64,000 nt of DNA, from the NCBI RefSeq assembly GCF_000315625.1, contig NW_005434595.1, forward strand, positions 297,826 to 361,825, in the 5' to 3' direction. Each line of letters starts with the position of its first letter. The stretch's first letter is position 1. Shown one piece after another: positions 1 to 14,000 of this stretch. The notes beneath the pieces were generated by a model, which had not been told where the DNA came from, did no database searches, and saw only the letters and a list, made by a program, of their open reading frames with translations. The position numbers and the translations under genes were made by a program. This DNA comes from Guillardia theta CCMP2712 (lineage: Eukaryota; Protista; Cryptophyta).

Positions 1-1071
1 CCATGAAACCCGCCTCGGGATGTCAATAACAGGGGTGGGGTACACATGTCCTGCAAGGGGTACATATCAAGCCATAGATTCATACCACCGGTAGTCTTTG
101 GGGTACCCTCCATCACCCTACCAATGTCCCACCTACTGGTACCCACGTGAACTAGCTGATGCTTGCAACCCTCACCAATCATATGACCCTACCTAGGTAG
201 AATCTTTGATCACCCTGGTCCTATGTCTGAAATCTATCGAGAGGGTGGGGTACTTGCACCGGGGGTTAGGTGGTGTTCTAGAGTGAGCAGTATTTTACCA
301 CAAATGGTCTTCGTGAATCACCAGTTTCATATTGAGCCTTCCTGCAACTGAATTTTATAACTTGAGTAAATATTTTATAATACAAAAGCTGTGGTTTGGG
401 GTACTACTATCAATATATAGGACATATGTTGGCAAGTCATCGAAAAATGAAAAAAAAGCAGTGAGCACAGGGGGTAGGTAGAATGGAATGCAGACGATGC
501 CCGGAAATGAAGCGAGGGGGAGGCGAGGAGAGGCGAAGGAGAAGGAGCGAGATCGAGCGAAAGAAATGTAGCTGCAATGAAAGGGGAGAGGAAGAGCAGG
601 AGCAGGAGGGTGAAGTCTTGGGAGAGGGAGTCGGGTGGGACGACCGGAAAGTAGCACAAGATTGACTGGAGGCAGTAAAAACAATTCATGCATGCTCAAG
701 GGAGAAGCAAGGTTGAAGAAGCAACAAGGATTAGCATGAAGAGGCAATTGAAGATGTGTTTCGTTTTGTGTCTGAGGATTTAGTGTAAACGAGGTGCACA
801 TTTTTATACCTGTAGGCTTTTGCGCCACAAGATTAGTGGAATGTTGTAAAACCAGTGATAATCGGACCTGAGGCCATGAAATCTGGTCTGAACAGGTGTC
901 AAGTAGACGTAGCTTGAGATATCAAGATGAATCTCCCCTTCCTCTTTGGAAGGTTCGAATATGAACGTTCAAATGACAGGTTCGGCCTTCGACTGCTGAT
1001 ACGTAGGATGGTTTGATTGCAACGTCCAATGACGATACAAGAAGTTGACGTTGGACTCAAAACGACGTAAA

Positions 1072-4000
1072 ATGTCGGTTTTCAGGAGCTCCAAGACGAA
1101 TTTAGGTGAATTCTCATCATTCTTTTACGTTTTGATGAACTGATCTCTTGTTGTTTGAAATTCACAACCCTCTCCCTGATGGCTGTTCCAAAGGTGCCTG
1201 TGTCATGGTGAAAGAAGAGAAGTCGTTCGTTGCTCCACCCTCGCCATTGCAGGATTGCTGGCCTCGATGCAGGAGAGGCCACAACGTCTGTACCTCCCTC
1301 TTGGATCGTGAATGCGGAGGGAGGTCTCTGAGATCATTCAAACAATTCCCTCAAAGCATGGTCACCCGGCTGGACAAGGAGTACGACTCGATCCCAGGGT
1401 TGGTTGCTTCTCTGAATGACGCATATGTTGCCGGAGACGTGGGACGGCTGAAAGAATTGTTGAAGAGAGCGTGGAGAAATGTCATTGCGTATGAAAGCGA
1501 ATCGAACATGCAGAGAGATAATTTCATCGTTTACGGGGGTTCTAATGTGTTGATTCGCATTCTTTTCCTTCCTTTCGACTTGATTGGAGCAAGAAACAGT
1601 GGATGGAGGGGCCAAGTTGTTGAACACGATCTATGGGAACTGAAGAAGCCTTGCATTCAATTGCTGAAGGAACTTTGCTACTTCACGCCATTTTTGGCTG
1701 AAGAACTTGGAAATTCGACAAAGCTGATTGTGCAGCTCTTCACTCTCATGAAAAACCGATCGATATTCGAGGACGTGATTACTCTCACTGAAGATATCAT
1801 AGCTTGTTCGAGAGAGATCTTCAATCTTGCCCTTGTACCTGATTTCGAAGGACTGCTGAATTCCTATTCGAAAAGACAGCTTGCTTGCTTCTGCCGCATT
1901 CTTGCTCTTGTTGTTTTCGAAACAGAAGATAGAACAAATGACGATTGCAAGGTTGTGAATGCTGCAGATCTGTTAACAATCCGACGAGAACAAGCACTTT
2001 CGCCCGCGATCAAGAATTCAGATAGGAATCATGCTGTTCTGCTCGGAGTTGAGGCCTTTCTTCCGCGTACTATAAGCTTGATATCTGCCAATACAGCGCC
2101 TATACTGGCAACGTGGGCAAGCGACGTGATCATGAGGTTATCTAGCAGCAGCCATCATCACGAGCTACTTCAGCTGGTCGATGTGGAGGAAGACGATAGC
2201 TGGGAGGACACGCAGGATGAGTCAGCGATAAGCGACCCGCACGCAAATATCAAGGCGCTGTTTCTTCTGGTGCACAGAGTCGAAATCCTGTTTGTGCTTT
2301 GTACATTGCTAAGTGGAAAGCGGAAATTGCAGGTGCAGGATAAGTTATACAGCTTGGGTATCGTGGAGACGTTGTCACAGGCCTTTGAGTGGCTGAACTG
2401 GAGTGACACGACAGTCTCTTTGTATCAAGAAAGAATGCATGGCCCTGGTTGTGAGTGCAACCCAGAGTCAGCCTTGCGTATACAATTCTTACGATTGATA
2501 CACAACCTGTGCGACCGGGAAAATGACTTTACAAGGGTGAAAGACCAGATGCTTTCCGCGCAAGAGCTGGAATCTGTTCAAGAATATGCCAAGTACGATC
2601 AACTTCGGCAACTTATCTTCTTCGACAACCCAGCAACATGGTCAACTGATGCGATGGGTGGAAGGGGACAACAGCCACTAGATTCTCACAATCCAACATC
2701 CAACAATGACTTGTGGTTTTCGAAGCTCAGTTCCAGTCCAGGTGGAGCAGCGAGTCAAGGGGATGCTTCAAACCGTGATTCGTGGACGAGCCTTGACCTC
2801 GAGGGGAATGAGGCTCAGCCGGAGGCATCTGCCCATTTTCGCAGCTCTCGCAGTCGGGGTACAAAGGTTCAAACAGGCACCTGTCACGCGTCATCTTCTG
2901 CAGCGGATGTTTCAAGTGTCAGTCTTCAACGCGGAAGCGTTCAACGGCCTCTCGCTCAGCCATCTGAGAGCTCAAGGGCTGCAAGGGCCAACCCTTGCGA
3001 TCCTGACAATTCTAATAGAGGTCTCATCACCAAAGTCTTACTGGTGTTTATGAACGAGAAGCCCGACTCTACCTACAGGTGCTGCTGCCGGCACTGACTT
3101 TCCTCTCTTCTGAGTGTCGTCCATTGTAGGTTCTGGCTAGCTTCCTGTGTAGAGGCCTTCTTGCGAGGTTCCGACGCACGAGCCCAGGTAGATGACGCTG
3201 ATCACTGTGAGATTGTTGACATTCCCAAAGGTTTTCATGGCGAAGATGGGATTGCTGGACCATCTGGTTGATGGAATTTTGAACTTTCAGATTTCTGGCA
3301 ATTTGCAAGTAAGACTTGAGGTTTAGTCCCTAGACTTCTTAACACTTTTGCAGACCAACTTTGACTTGCTTGGCGAGTTGGTCAAGTACAACCCGGAAGT
3401 TTTCCTCATGTTCAGTCAAACTGTTGATGATGCGAAGTACAAGGTATTCATGCAGGTAAGTCACAGACTGAAGAAGAAGGATTGTGCGATGTGACATTGA
3501 GCACAGGTCGTGGTTTCAAATTTGGTTGATTCCAATGTATTCATTCGAGCTGTCGTGCTGTCTCTGGAGTTCTTTTCATTCCGATGTCGGGAGCTTGCTG
3601 CGCTCGGAAGTCGTTATGACATGGAGTCTTGCAAACTGCACAAATTCTTGAAGCATAATACTCTCCGGCTCCTCAAGGATTTGATGACAGTGATCACTGT
3701 CGAAGATATCAATCAAGAGAACATCTGCTGTCTCAACACAGGTTATTTCTGTGGCATCCTTGCACCCTCATCACTGTTGTGTCGGCAGCATTGTCGCTCT
3801 TCATATTTGTCCGACTCCATGGCCGACTAAACGATTATATCACGGCGATCAGAAACTGGGAAATCACTCACAACAAGGTAGGAATGATTTATTTTCCCCT
3901 TCTCCCCATTCAATCTAATTTGACTTCTCTCCTTCTTGCCGCTCGGTCTTGACTGCTTGCCTTTCTGTTCCTACAGGTTGGCTTCGTGACCAGCAACTTT

Positions 4001-4205
4001 CTAGCGCTTCTCAAGTTCTGGTTAGAGTACTATCTATACAGGTCATGACTTCTCATTCAGCCATGGTCACTTAGAGTGTGTGTGCAGGGGCAAAGACTGC
4101 CTGTCGCTGGAGTTGTCTTCCAACATTCGCTTCAGCGTCTGGCGAACGACTGTAAATGAACTCTTAGAGGCAATGTCCAACAAGACAGAGTCCTCGAGCT
4201 TTTAA
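1072..4205 (+). CDS. TRPC4AP: TRPC4AP/TRUSS-like protein (DUF3689), multi-exon
   Basis: Main ORF 1148-3097 contains HGPGCECNPESALRIQFLRLIHNLCD. After intron 3079-3129 it reads RFWLASCVEAFLRG; later exons give INQENICCLNT and a last exon KDCLSLELSSNIRFSVWRTTV ending at TAA 4203-4205. All resemble conserved TRPC4AP blocks. The start at ATG 1072 plus a first intron is inferred. Confidence 0.8.
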
Positions 4206-4342
4206 CGTGTGCGTTAGCAGCATGTGTCAAAGTTCTGTATATGAAGAATCGTCTGATCACAGCGATAGAAACGAGTGGGAGGGAAAGGAGGAAGCATGTT
4301 GACACCTCCCCGTACACACGCATGCTAAATCCGTTACTGGTG

Positions 4343-5410
4343 TCAACTGGCGAATCCCTTCCCTTCTTCCAAACTGATGACGTCATCAGCTGCAAACGAT
4401 CGATCTTCCTCCATCAGTCCATTCACGTTCCCTCCTGGCCCCCGAGCTCCAGCTCTTCCCGAACTCAGACAGCGCTTCCGGCTTGATCCTGCCCAGAGCT
4501 GACCTGGTCGGCGCGCAACTCCCCTTACCGGCAGTCTTCCCGTGTAATCGTCGTCCTCCTCCTCTCCCTCGCCCTCTTTCTCGCCTAGACTTTGAGATAT
4601 CACCCTGTTCCGCTTCAAGTTTGTCGACAGCGAGTCGCTTCCATTTATGTTGGCGTTCTCCGTTCCAGGTTTGTCCGGGAGGACTGAGGTGGGACTGGTC
4701 TGCAGAGGTCCTTCCTCTCCGTGAACTCCGGCTCTCCTACGCTCAATTGCTCGTACGACTGACCCTCGAGTCATCTTGAGCATGTGCAGGTATTTTCTGC
4801 CGCTGACACTCTCGGCTCGCAGTTCCTCGTCCCCGAAGGCAATGTCGTACAGCATGCCAGTCACGTCTGTCAAGCGCTGCCGGAGGCAGCTCAGAGTGGG
4901 CAAGTTCGACTCCAGGTCGATGCGGAGGAATCGCCCGGGCAGATTGCTGATGCCGGTGACGAAGATGGGATAGGAAGGAGGTCTGTTTGAGGGATGCAGC
5001 CTGCCATCCTCGTGGGAGAGCAGACCGGGTTGCCATGCAAGCTCCCTCACAGCTTTCTGGTTGGTCACGCGAGGCTTCTGCTCCCTTGGCGTTGCTGGCT
5101 CGTTGCAGAATCGAGCGAAGCGAGGCATCACGATGGAGACCATGACAACGTCATCACTCCCTACGTCCTCCCCATGGAGCCTCTGCTCTCCATCGCCTCC
5201 TCCTTGGTCCCTTCGATGCCCATCATTGCAGTTACCCTCAACGGTGCAGCCTCGTTGTGAAATCTCAATCCATTGAGGGCTGAGGCAGAGGCTCCTTCCA
5301 ACAGCCTTCTTGACCTCCCACGTGCTCAGTGACGCCGTCAAGCATGTTCTAACTTGGCACTCGCCCACCAGTCTCCAAGAGAGGTGGGTGTTTGTCATAT
5401 GGAGCTGCAA
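4343..5410 (-). CDS. Hypothetical protein, possibly with two degenerate ubiquitin-like domains
   Basis: 355-aa ORF. TASLSTWEVKKAVGRSLCLSPQWIEI and PTLSCLRQRLTDVTGMLYDIAFGDEEL resemble the helix-1 region of beta-grasp folds. Ends uncertain (probable extra exons). Confidence 0.4.
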   Translation of the reverse strand: MQLHMTNTHLSWRLVGECQVRTCLTASLSTWEVKKAVGRSLCLSPQWIEISQRGCTVEGNCNDGHRRDQGGGDGEQRLHGEDVGSDDVVMVSIVMPRFARFCNEPATPREQKPRVTNQKAVRELAWQPGLLSHEDGRLHPSNRPPSYPIFVTGISNLPGRFLRIDLESNLPTLSCLRQRLTDVTGMLYDIAFGDEELRAESVSGRKYLHMLKMTRGSVVRAIERRRAGVHGEEGPLQTSPTSVLPDKPGTENANINGSDSLSTNLKRNRVISQSLGEKEGEGEEEDDDYTGRLPVRGVARRPGQLWAGSSRKRCLSSGRAGARGPGGNVNGLMEEDRSFAADDVISLEEGKGFAS

Positions 5411-5450
5411 GAAAGATCTATCTTGCCCAGGAGGATGGAAGCGAGACTAG

Positions 5451-5504
5451 AAGATATCATGCACAACAAGACATCTCAAGATATCATGCACAACAAGACA
5501 TCTC
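5451..5504. repeat. Perfect 27-bp tandem duplication (AAGATATCATGCACAACAAGACATCTC x2)
   Basis: Read directly; probably intronic or 5' of the minus-strand gene. Confidence 0.9.
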
Positions 5505-5619
5505 AATGCGAATATTCATGACCTTCTCTTCTCTTCTCCTCTTCCTCTTCGCTCCTCTCCGCCATCGTCGCGAGGCTTCCCGCCAATCGAGCCCTTAGCA
5601 TCCGAGCACTGAGATGATC

Positions 5620-6345
5620 AAGAGTCGTCCGGAGGACTCCGGCCCGCGGCCCGCCGGGGGAGCCGCTCCCCGGGCCGGCGTCGTCACCTCCGCCGGACTC
5701 TGAGTCCGAGCGGCTGAGCCGCTGAGCCGCCAGGCCGGGCTAGACGGCGGCCGGAATCACGGGGACCGTGCGGGCCCGGCCGGCGGGCCCGGAGGGCTGC
5801 GCCGTCCGTGCGCTCCGAGCGGCTCCCGAGGGCCGGAGTCCCGGAGTCCGGTGGACGAGTCACCGCCGGGGGCACCCGTGACCCGGCGTGGCATCGGTGA
5901 TCATGATCGCCGGGATCGGGCCAGCCGCCGCTCCGGAGCAGCCGGTGCCCCCCGCCGCCGGGGCCACGGCGTGACGGTGCGCCGCCGGACTAGGCTACTA
6001 GCCATGCGCCCGGCGTGAACTTGAATGCTATCATGGATAGCGGCTCAGTCCGACCCGGGTACCGTACTATCGGAGGCCCTCCGGCGATACTCCGAGGCAC
6101 TGAGGGTACCGTTCAAGGGGCCGTAAGTTCACTGCGGTTCCCGGAAGTTCCATATATCATCAGTGGCATGATGACATCGCGGCCCGGGCCCGGCCGCCGT
6201 CCGAGTCACTGGAGCCATCAGTCGGCTTGGAGCCCGGTTCGGAAGTTCACTGACTCCGGAACTCCGACCGTCGACAAAGTTAATTTAGTTGAATCAGAAC
6301 GAGGACAATCTCCGAGGCTCGGAGCCTGTCGGAGCCGGCCGCTAT
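5620..6345. promoter_or_regulatory. GC/CCGG-rich, palindrome-rich intergenic island between divergent genes
   Basis: Very high GC with no credible ORF. Lies between the 5' end of the minus gene (about 5.5 kb) and the plus-strand ankyrin gene. Confidence 0.45.
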
Positions 6346-7706
6346 TATTCCCCAGTCACACCCCCATCCCGTGCTCCCCACCCCCTAATTTCCCAGTTAC
6401 ACTACCCCAAAATGTTAAAAGTCACACTACCCGGTACATTATCGTGACCATTCACCCCTGTTTCCTGCCATCAATACCCCACCTCTCCTCCCTACACCCA
6501 CCCTGTTTCCTCCATTCGTCCAGAATTGTTCGAGTGGGTACGAGGAAAAATTGAATCAGATGCTACCACCCCGGTACAAATCTGACTACCCTTTAATTGT
6601 TGTTTCGAAATCAGCCTTGATACTACCCTACCCCCTTGTGAAGCTGAACTTGTACGATATCCCGTGCAATGGACCCCATGCGTTTGAACCCCACCCAGTA
6701 GGTAACAACTGCTGACATTGCCCCACCCTCATGGTTGACGGGATTTTATAATTTTTATAAAATGCAATTATCATGGGGTGGGGTCAATTCTTCTGTACCC
6801 AAATCTACAACCCCTACCCCCTTTTCTTGATACCTTCTCGACATTTTTTTGACCCCTGGTGCGGAACATACTCCATTCAAAAAGTCAACTACTACCCTAC
6901 CTTTCATACTCCCCCCAGCCATTCTTCATACCCCTCCTGGAACTGTGGCCAACAATGTACCCCGTCAATACACCCCACCCTCGATCCAAACATTCAGAAT
7001 TCACTACATGAACCCCCTCTCCATCGGTACCACCCACCCATCCTACCTCCCACCCACCCCTTCAAATTGATACTTCTTCAACTTATTGGGGGAGTAGGGT
7101 GTGGTATCTCCCCACCCACCCCATTCCTTTCTGCTCCCCTATTAGCATCTTTTCCTAACAAATTGCTAGTACCGGGGTCCTATCATGCCTACGAGCCGAA
7201 AAGTGAACCATTCAGATATCAAATCCCTAATAGTTCTAGGATTCAAAGATATTCAGTTTAACGAGCCCTTGAATAGTTCTTGTGAAGTTCAGTGCATCCG
7301 TTGGGAAGGTCCATAGTTAACGATGGCAGCTGTGAGGGGAGGAGTGAAAGAGGAGGAGGTCATGGTGAAGAAGGATGAATGGGCGATTGGGTGAGAATGA
7401 AAGAAGTCTTACATCATCACTGGATCAAGAAGGAGAAGACTTGCAGTTTCATTTGAGGCCTTGAATGACTAGGGAGTGAGGATAAGTCTATTTTGTGAAA
7501 TTGTATCGAACGGGGCGGTTAGGACACAAGTAGATGAAAGAATTGTGTTATAAGCAGGATAACCATACGAACAGGTGTCGATAATATCAAGATAGCAAGT
7601 AAGATACAGATATAAGCAAGATGAAAACTTGCTCATCGATTATATCTGGGTTGCGTAGTGGAAGAGATAAGGGATGAAATCGACTTGGAGGTTGAGATAC
7701 ATTTCA

Positions 7707-7774
7707 CAACAACAAAAACAACAAAAACAAAAACAAAAACAAAAACAAAAACAAAAACAAAAACAAAAAAAACA
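7707..7774. repeat. (CAAAAA)n microsatellite
   Basis: Read directly: acaacaaaaacaacaaaaacaaaaacaaaaac... Confidence 0.9.
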
Positions 7775-8001
7775 ACGAAGGATTGTATTTAGACCAGGCA
7801 TGGCAAAATATGTTGTAAATCTCCCAGTGAGCAGATGCATGTTGATTCTCTTTGTTTGATGAAGTCCTAACCGTAAATAGATTGAACTTGAACATAGGCA
7901 AGGCTAGTTTCGAGCGTGTACAGGGCCACATGTTCCGCTGCCGAATTATGAAACACGTGCTTTCACGCTGAAACAATGCTCACAGGTCGAATGTCTGCGA
8001 C

Positions 8002-9991
8002 ATGTCGGAAGCGGAAGGCCTAGCAGCCTCTCTGAGATCGATTGAAACCAGCGACGCGGGTCCTGAAATAGTGCATGCAGAGAGCCATCAATCTACTCCC
8101 GATGTAGACGTGCTCAAAACTTCAAGCAGCGGCAGAGCTTCGGAGCAGACAGCTACTGCCCATCGAGAACCATCGGACGAGAATGCTGATGAGCCAACAC
8201 AATCCCACGGCGACCAGCCGTATCCAGAGAAGCACGAGAACGACATCATCCCATCTGAGGGGGGTCAGGGGCCGGGAGATGGTGCGAGTTTGAATCCGAA
8301 CCACGAGGTCCCTGATGGAAGCGAGAAACATGAAGGCCAACTCGCAAGCCACAGCGACGAGACAATGATGGAGGATCTCAACCTGCCTGCGGAGAGAGCA
8401 GGGGAAGAAGCGGGCAAAATGGAGGAACAAGCCGTGCGCGAAGAACCAACGATGACTGTTGACTTGACCAACCAAGCTGGGGAGAGTCAAAGGGCAGATG
8501 AGGGGTTGGGGGACCAAAGTGAAGTACATGCACAAGTGCCGAGCAACACTGACGAGGCGATGATAGACGAGTTGATCAAACCTTCGGATGGAAGTCGTGG
8601 AACAGAGGAGGAGGGAGGTGGAGGGGCGGAAGGGGTGAGCAACGGAGCAGCCAGTGCAGAAATAGAGGACATGAGGAATGGGGCAGCACAAGAGCCGAGC
8701 CATATCGACGAGAAGATGATAGATGATCTTGTGAACCCGCCTGAGGCGAGTCATAATGCACCACAAGAGGCAGAGGAGTTGGGGAAGGCGGAAGACGGCG
8801 TAACAGGTGACGAGGGTGAGTCTGGATCACATAGACGGCAGCATGTAGAGATCAATCTCAACCACACAGAGATGTACATAGATGAGAGAGGTGCTTTAGA
8901 TGCTCATAAGTCAGATATCATTCCCAACGGAACGTCTCACTCCGCTCCTCCCAATGGCATTGTAAGTTCCCATTCGCTCCCGTCTCAGTCTCGGATCTCA
9001 AAAGCAGCCAAACAGGTGGACGAGCTCTGCATGAAATCGCCGCACGCGGCCGCAAGGTACAACACGTTGAGTAAGCTGCGCAAGCACATCGAGGAGCAGA
9101 GATTCAACGTGAAAGACGCAAGCGGTTTCACTCCCCTCCACTTCGCCGCCTGCTACGGGAACAAGGAGGCCGTCGGCATCCTCCTTCAAGCCAAGGCGTT
9201 GGTGAACGAGGTGAGCCAGCAGGGATGGAGCCCGTTGCACGTGGCGTCGAGGAACGGACATCACGGCTGCATGGTCGAGCTGTTGGAAGCAGGATCGAAC
9301 CTGACCTTGGAGGACAAGCAAGGAATGTCAGCCCTGCACAACGCCAGCTGCTGCGTGACCGATCAAGGGTACCAGTGCGTGGTGGAGCTGCTGAAACGAG
9401 GCGCGAACGTGAATCAGCTTGACGCGGACAACTGGACTCCCCTCCACTTCGCTGCAAGATTCAACAACGTGAGCACGCTGCTTAAGCTGCTCGAGTACAA
9501 CGCGGACCCCAACAGAGCAGACAGAGACCGGTGGACGCCCCTGCACAACTCAGCGAGGAACGGGAGGAACAGATGCGTGCAAGAGCTGATCGACCACGGA
9601 GCTGATCTGTTCCTCACGACGAGGTATGGGGAGACGGCTCTTCACATAGCTTGCAGGAAGGGCAAGTCAAAGGTGACTGGATGCCGACCGCACGTGCGCT
9701 CTGCTGAAACTCCTCAGGTTGTGGAGAAGATCATGAACAGCATAGAGAAGCTGGGGACAGGCAAGCTGACGAACCTGCTGATGTGTCAAGGTAGGAGGAG
9801 GAGTGGGCCGACGGGGCGAGCCTGACACGCACTCGCAGACGTGGAGGGCAGGACAGCAGAGGATGTTGCATCGTCGGAATACATCCGCTCGCTCCTCCGT
9901 CGAGAAACAAGGAGAGGAAGCTCCTACGATTTCGTGCCCGAACTGACCAAGTCGCCCTCGTTCGAAGGGACTCGAGTGAAGAAGAAAAAAG
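8002..9991 (+). CDS. Ankyrin-repeat protein with long acidic, disordered N-terminus
   Basis: About 6 ANK repeats (GFTPLHFAA, GWSPLHVAS, GMSALHNAS, WTPLHFAAR, WTPLHNSAR, GETALHIAC). Short introns near 9673 and 9791; the 3' end may extend to about 10.2 kb. Confidence 0.85.
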
Positions 9992-10457
9992 GTAGGACAT
10001 GGCAGTGCCTTAGACCGTTTCTCGAGGCTCCGATCCTCCCTTTCTTTTTCTTGCCCTGCCCCTTTCAACCTGTCGTCAAAGTTCCCCCTCCCCTCCCCTC
10101 CCCTCCTTCCCCTCTTCTCCCCACTGGTCCTCGCCTCCTCTGCTCGTCTCTCTTCAATATCTATGATCTACCTTGTCTCTCGGCCTTGCGCTCTTCTCAC
10201 CGGATCTAAGTGTCTGTCGCAGGATCAGCAGCCTGTACGATTCTTTGACCTGTCTGTTTATATTCATCTCGCACTCTCTCATGCCAGATGCCTTTCGGCC
10301 TCTTTCCTTCTTGTTTGCAAGTGTAATGTTTCTCAACCTACACTCTCCTCGAGTTTTGTCTATACAATGAATAAATTCAACATGATCAGATGCACTTGTT
10401 GAGAGCTCGTAGATCGATAATTGTCTTCATTCTGGACGAGTTCTACAGCACGGCGAG

Positions 10458-10967
10458 TCATCTGCTCCCTCCTCTCATGAGGCTGGCAGCCTCGCCTCCT
10501 CCTCTCCCTCCTCCCTCTCCTCTCTCTTTACCCTGCGAGATTCTATTCGTTCCACTTGCCTCCCTCGACGTCCTGTCTTGTGCTGTCCTCTCTCCTTCTC
10601 CCTCCACCCCCCCTGCCCTCCTCCTGTCCATGACGTCTTTCTCCATGGCCCACACCTCACTCCGCGGCTTCAGCTTCTTCTTCCTTATCCCCTCCCCCGG
10701 CTTGATGAAGAGCACAGCAGTCGAGAGACCGTTAGCCGACGCCACCTCCGCATGCTCGATCACCCGCTCCTGCTCCATCACCAGCTCCGTCTCCTTCCTC
10801 TCCTGCAGTGTGTTGCTGAAGATGACCAACTCCGCCTTCACTGGCCTGTCGCTGCTCCCCACCGACGAGCCTGACGTCTCCTGCGAGCTTGCCTCCTTCC
10901 TCTGACCAATCGTTTCCTCCTCGCTGAAGTCACGGCTAGACCAGCTTTCCTGCGGCTCCACATGCCG

Positions 10968-11019
<52 letters not shown>

Positions 11020-14000
11020 GTTCTTTCTGATCCTCGCGGGCTCACAACCTCCTGCTCGCTGTTTTGATCGTAGAAAGTTCGCATCTTCGACTCATGGAAG
11101 CCCAGTCGCAGGCACACGGCTGCTGTTTTGCTCATGCTGCCCTCCCTCTTCTCCAGCGCGATCCACCGCTCCATATGCTGCAAGCTCCCGAGCTTCTTGC
11201 TCGTCCTCCCCGGGAGGTCAACGTATTCCTCCAGCTTCAGCCCAGCTCTTGCCAACTCCCTGTTCGACTTTCCGTCGATAATCTTGATCGTCACCTCCTC
11301 CTCCCCCGCGTCATGCACGGCGAAGGACATGCGCTGGTTCCAGTAGGGGGAGCCGGACAGGACGAGGCGCGTCCGCTGGATGACCTGACCGACCTCCACC
11401 TCGCAGAGGAAGCCGGAGGGGCTGGCGTGCTGCTTGCGCGAGAGGTTCCTCGCTCGGACCACGACGATCTCGAGGAAGCCGATTGAGCGGCTGTCCATCT
11501 CCGGGGACTGCAGCGTGTAGATGGCGTCCTCCACCTGCAGGATCATGTCGGCGTCCGGGTTGGTGATGACGTAGGGCATGGGGGAGGAGCCCTTCCATGG
11601 CCGCTTGCGGTGGACGCCGAGGGGGAGGGCCATGCAGCGAAGGACGAGGAACTCAAAGAGCTGGACGTAGCTCTTGCCGTGAAATTCCTTGGGGACGGGA
11701 AAGAGCGCAAGCTGGGAGGGATGGACATTGGACTCGGGGAAGGAAGCGAAGGTGCCTGCGTTGACGACAAGGGCGCGGAGGATGCGGACGAGGTTGGGGT
11801 TGTAGAAGGCTTGGCAGGCGAGCTTGTCGAGGATAGAGTTGATGTAGACCTTGCCCGAGGCGAAGAGAGGCGAGGAGGCTGGGTCGAGGACGACGGTGCT
11901 GTTGATGTGCTTGCGCTCTTCCTCGGAGAGGAAACTGATGTTGCTGCTGTTGACAAGCTCGCACACTATTTGAGCCTCTGGCCGGACGCGTTGGATGCAT
12001 TGCTGGATGAAAATGGCGTCTGCGTCCACCAGGTACGACGACTCGGCCTCGTCCGATCGCATCCTTGAGCTAGAGAGGATGATTGCCTTGCTGAGCCCGA
12101 ACACTCCAGCTCGAACAAGGTCAGCAGGCTCAAGGGGGGACCCTTGGACGAAGAATACATCCTTGAAGAAGCAGATCTCAGCCCAGGCGAGCGGCGAAGG
12201 CTCTTCGGGATGGAGGATAACAATCTTGAGGAGCGTCTCCTCCGGGAGGAACTTGGGGCGGAGGGTGGCGATGAAGTGATTGAGAGCCGTCAGAGAGCCG
12301 CAGATCAAGACATGGCCCTGCATGTCCTCTAGAGCGTCTCGCTTCACCTCCTCCAGGCTCGTCCTCGTCTCCCTGCAGTGATACTGCTGGCGGAACTTGT
12401 TCATCATCTCCTCTGTGCTCTCCATCTGCGCGTCCTCGTCTGCGTAGTTGACTGCCTGTGCGTGCCCTTCCTCCTCCTCCTCCTCCTCCTCGTCCTCGTC
12501 TAAGATGCCGTAGGAGCTCACAGCCTCCGCGTCCTCCGCGTCGTCCGCTATGAGAAACACGACGGGCGTGGAGTTGGGAGGGATCACGTAGCGGGCAGGA
12601 AAGAGGACGACGCGGGTGCATCCGGAGCAGTCTTTGATCTCGATGGCAAACAGGATACACTTGAGCTCCCGATAGAGCAGGGAAGAGACTTCACAGAAGA
12701 GTTTCCCTCCGAAGCTCCGGCTCAGCCTCGTGCAGTACATCTCCTTGCCGCAGCCGGGTATGTACTCCTTCTGCCAGTCGAGGCTACTCTCGTCCACGTC
12801 TGAGCTGGAGGACACTAGGAGGTTGCAGATGAAGGTAGTAAAACCCGGGCAGAGGCAGTTCTTTCCTAGCAGGTTCATCTTGATCTCGTCCATGCAGATC
12901 ACCTGGTTCTGGTGGCTGCCATACATGGACGCCATGAAGTGATGGCGGTTGTCCGGCCGCAGCAGCTGTACGACTATGGGGATCTCACTCCCTGCTGTCT
13001 GCTGGCTGACAAACTTGGAAATGCTGATGGCTCGGATGATGTTGGCCGTGTCCTCCGCGTACGCATCGTCCGCAAACTTGTCACAGAGGATGAAGGCAGC
13101 TCGGCATCTGGCGGAGTCAGCACGGAACAAGTCGTTCTCCAGGAGGACGGAGCCTTCGAGGTAGACTGTCTTGGTGGCGTAGAGGGGAGAGCGGAGGAGC
13201 CAGAGGAGGCCGGCGGAGGGGACGCCGCTGCCCATGATGACAACCTTGAACTCTTCCAGGTCACCCATCTTATGATCCTCGTGAAAGAACTCCTGCAGGA
13301 AGTCCTGCGTGGAGGCGACGGTGATGTTGCCGCAGAGGAGAACGTGGGGATGCTTGGAGGAGCGGAAGGAGGCACGAGCCCAGGGAGAGTTCAAGGAGAG
13401 GAGAGCCATGAGCCGGTTGACCTGGACAGGGATGAGGGAGTGAGTGAGGTCGAGGAGGAGAGAGGAGCAGGATGAGTGGAGAGCAGGAGAAGGACGGCAA
13501 CTGGAAGACACGACATTGACATGGCATGAGGGGAACTAGCTGACCTGGTCACTGATGGTGGCAAGCGATGCCAGGATCATGAACATGACGAGAAACTTCC
13601 CGACGATCGTGGTAGGATAATAGTCTCCTGCCGACGATATCAATCCTCCTCTCCTGTCTCCTTCCCTCCCTCCCTCCCTCCCTTCCTCTTCCTCTACTTC
13701 ACATGACCCTCAAGACTTACCGTAGCCCACAGTGCTGACGGTGATGATGGTGAAATAAACCGAGTCATGGAAGTTGAAGGAGGTCACCCCCCTGCAAAGC
13801 CTCAGCCTCTTTCAACTCTCAGAGTCTCTTCACCAGATGTCGAGCAACTCGTTCAGACTACGGAAGGACAGCTCCACCACCTGAAAGTTGATCAGACATT
13901 ATTCCTCCTCCTCTCCCTCTTCTCTTTTTCCCTCCTCTCCTCCCTCTTCTCTTTCTTCCGCTTGTTCCCTTCTCACTCCCTCTTTTTCTTCCTCCTCCTC

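Noticed and set aside
6015-7261. Pro-rich ORFs 6015-6554 and 6773-7261 (also 355-828)
   Set aside because: They arise from GC-rich and C-rich low-complexity intergenic DNA and show no domain signal.
7640-7976. ORFs with QK, CF or FL dipeptide repeats; telomere-like repeat
   Set aside because: Translations of the (CAAAAA)n microsatellite; a short internal tract with no telomeric G-rich unit.
10390-13475. Many overlapping plus-strand and alternate-frame ORFs
   Set aside because: Shadow ORFs of the GC3-rich K+ channel exon. The same applies to those over CFAP54 and the LRR gene.
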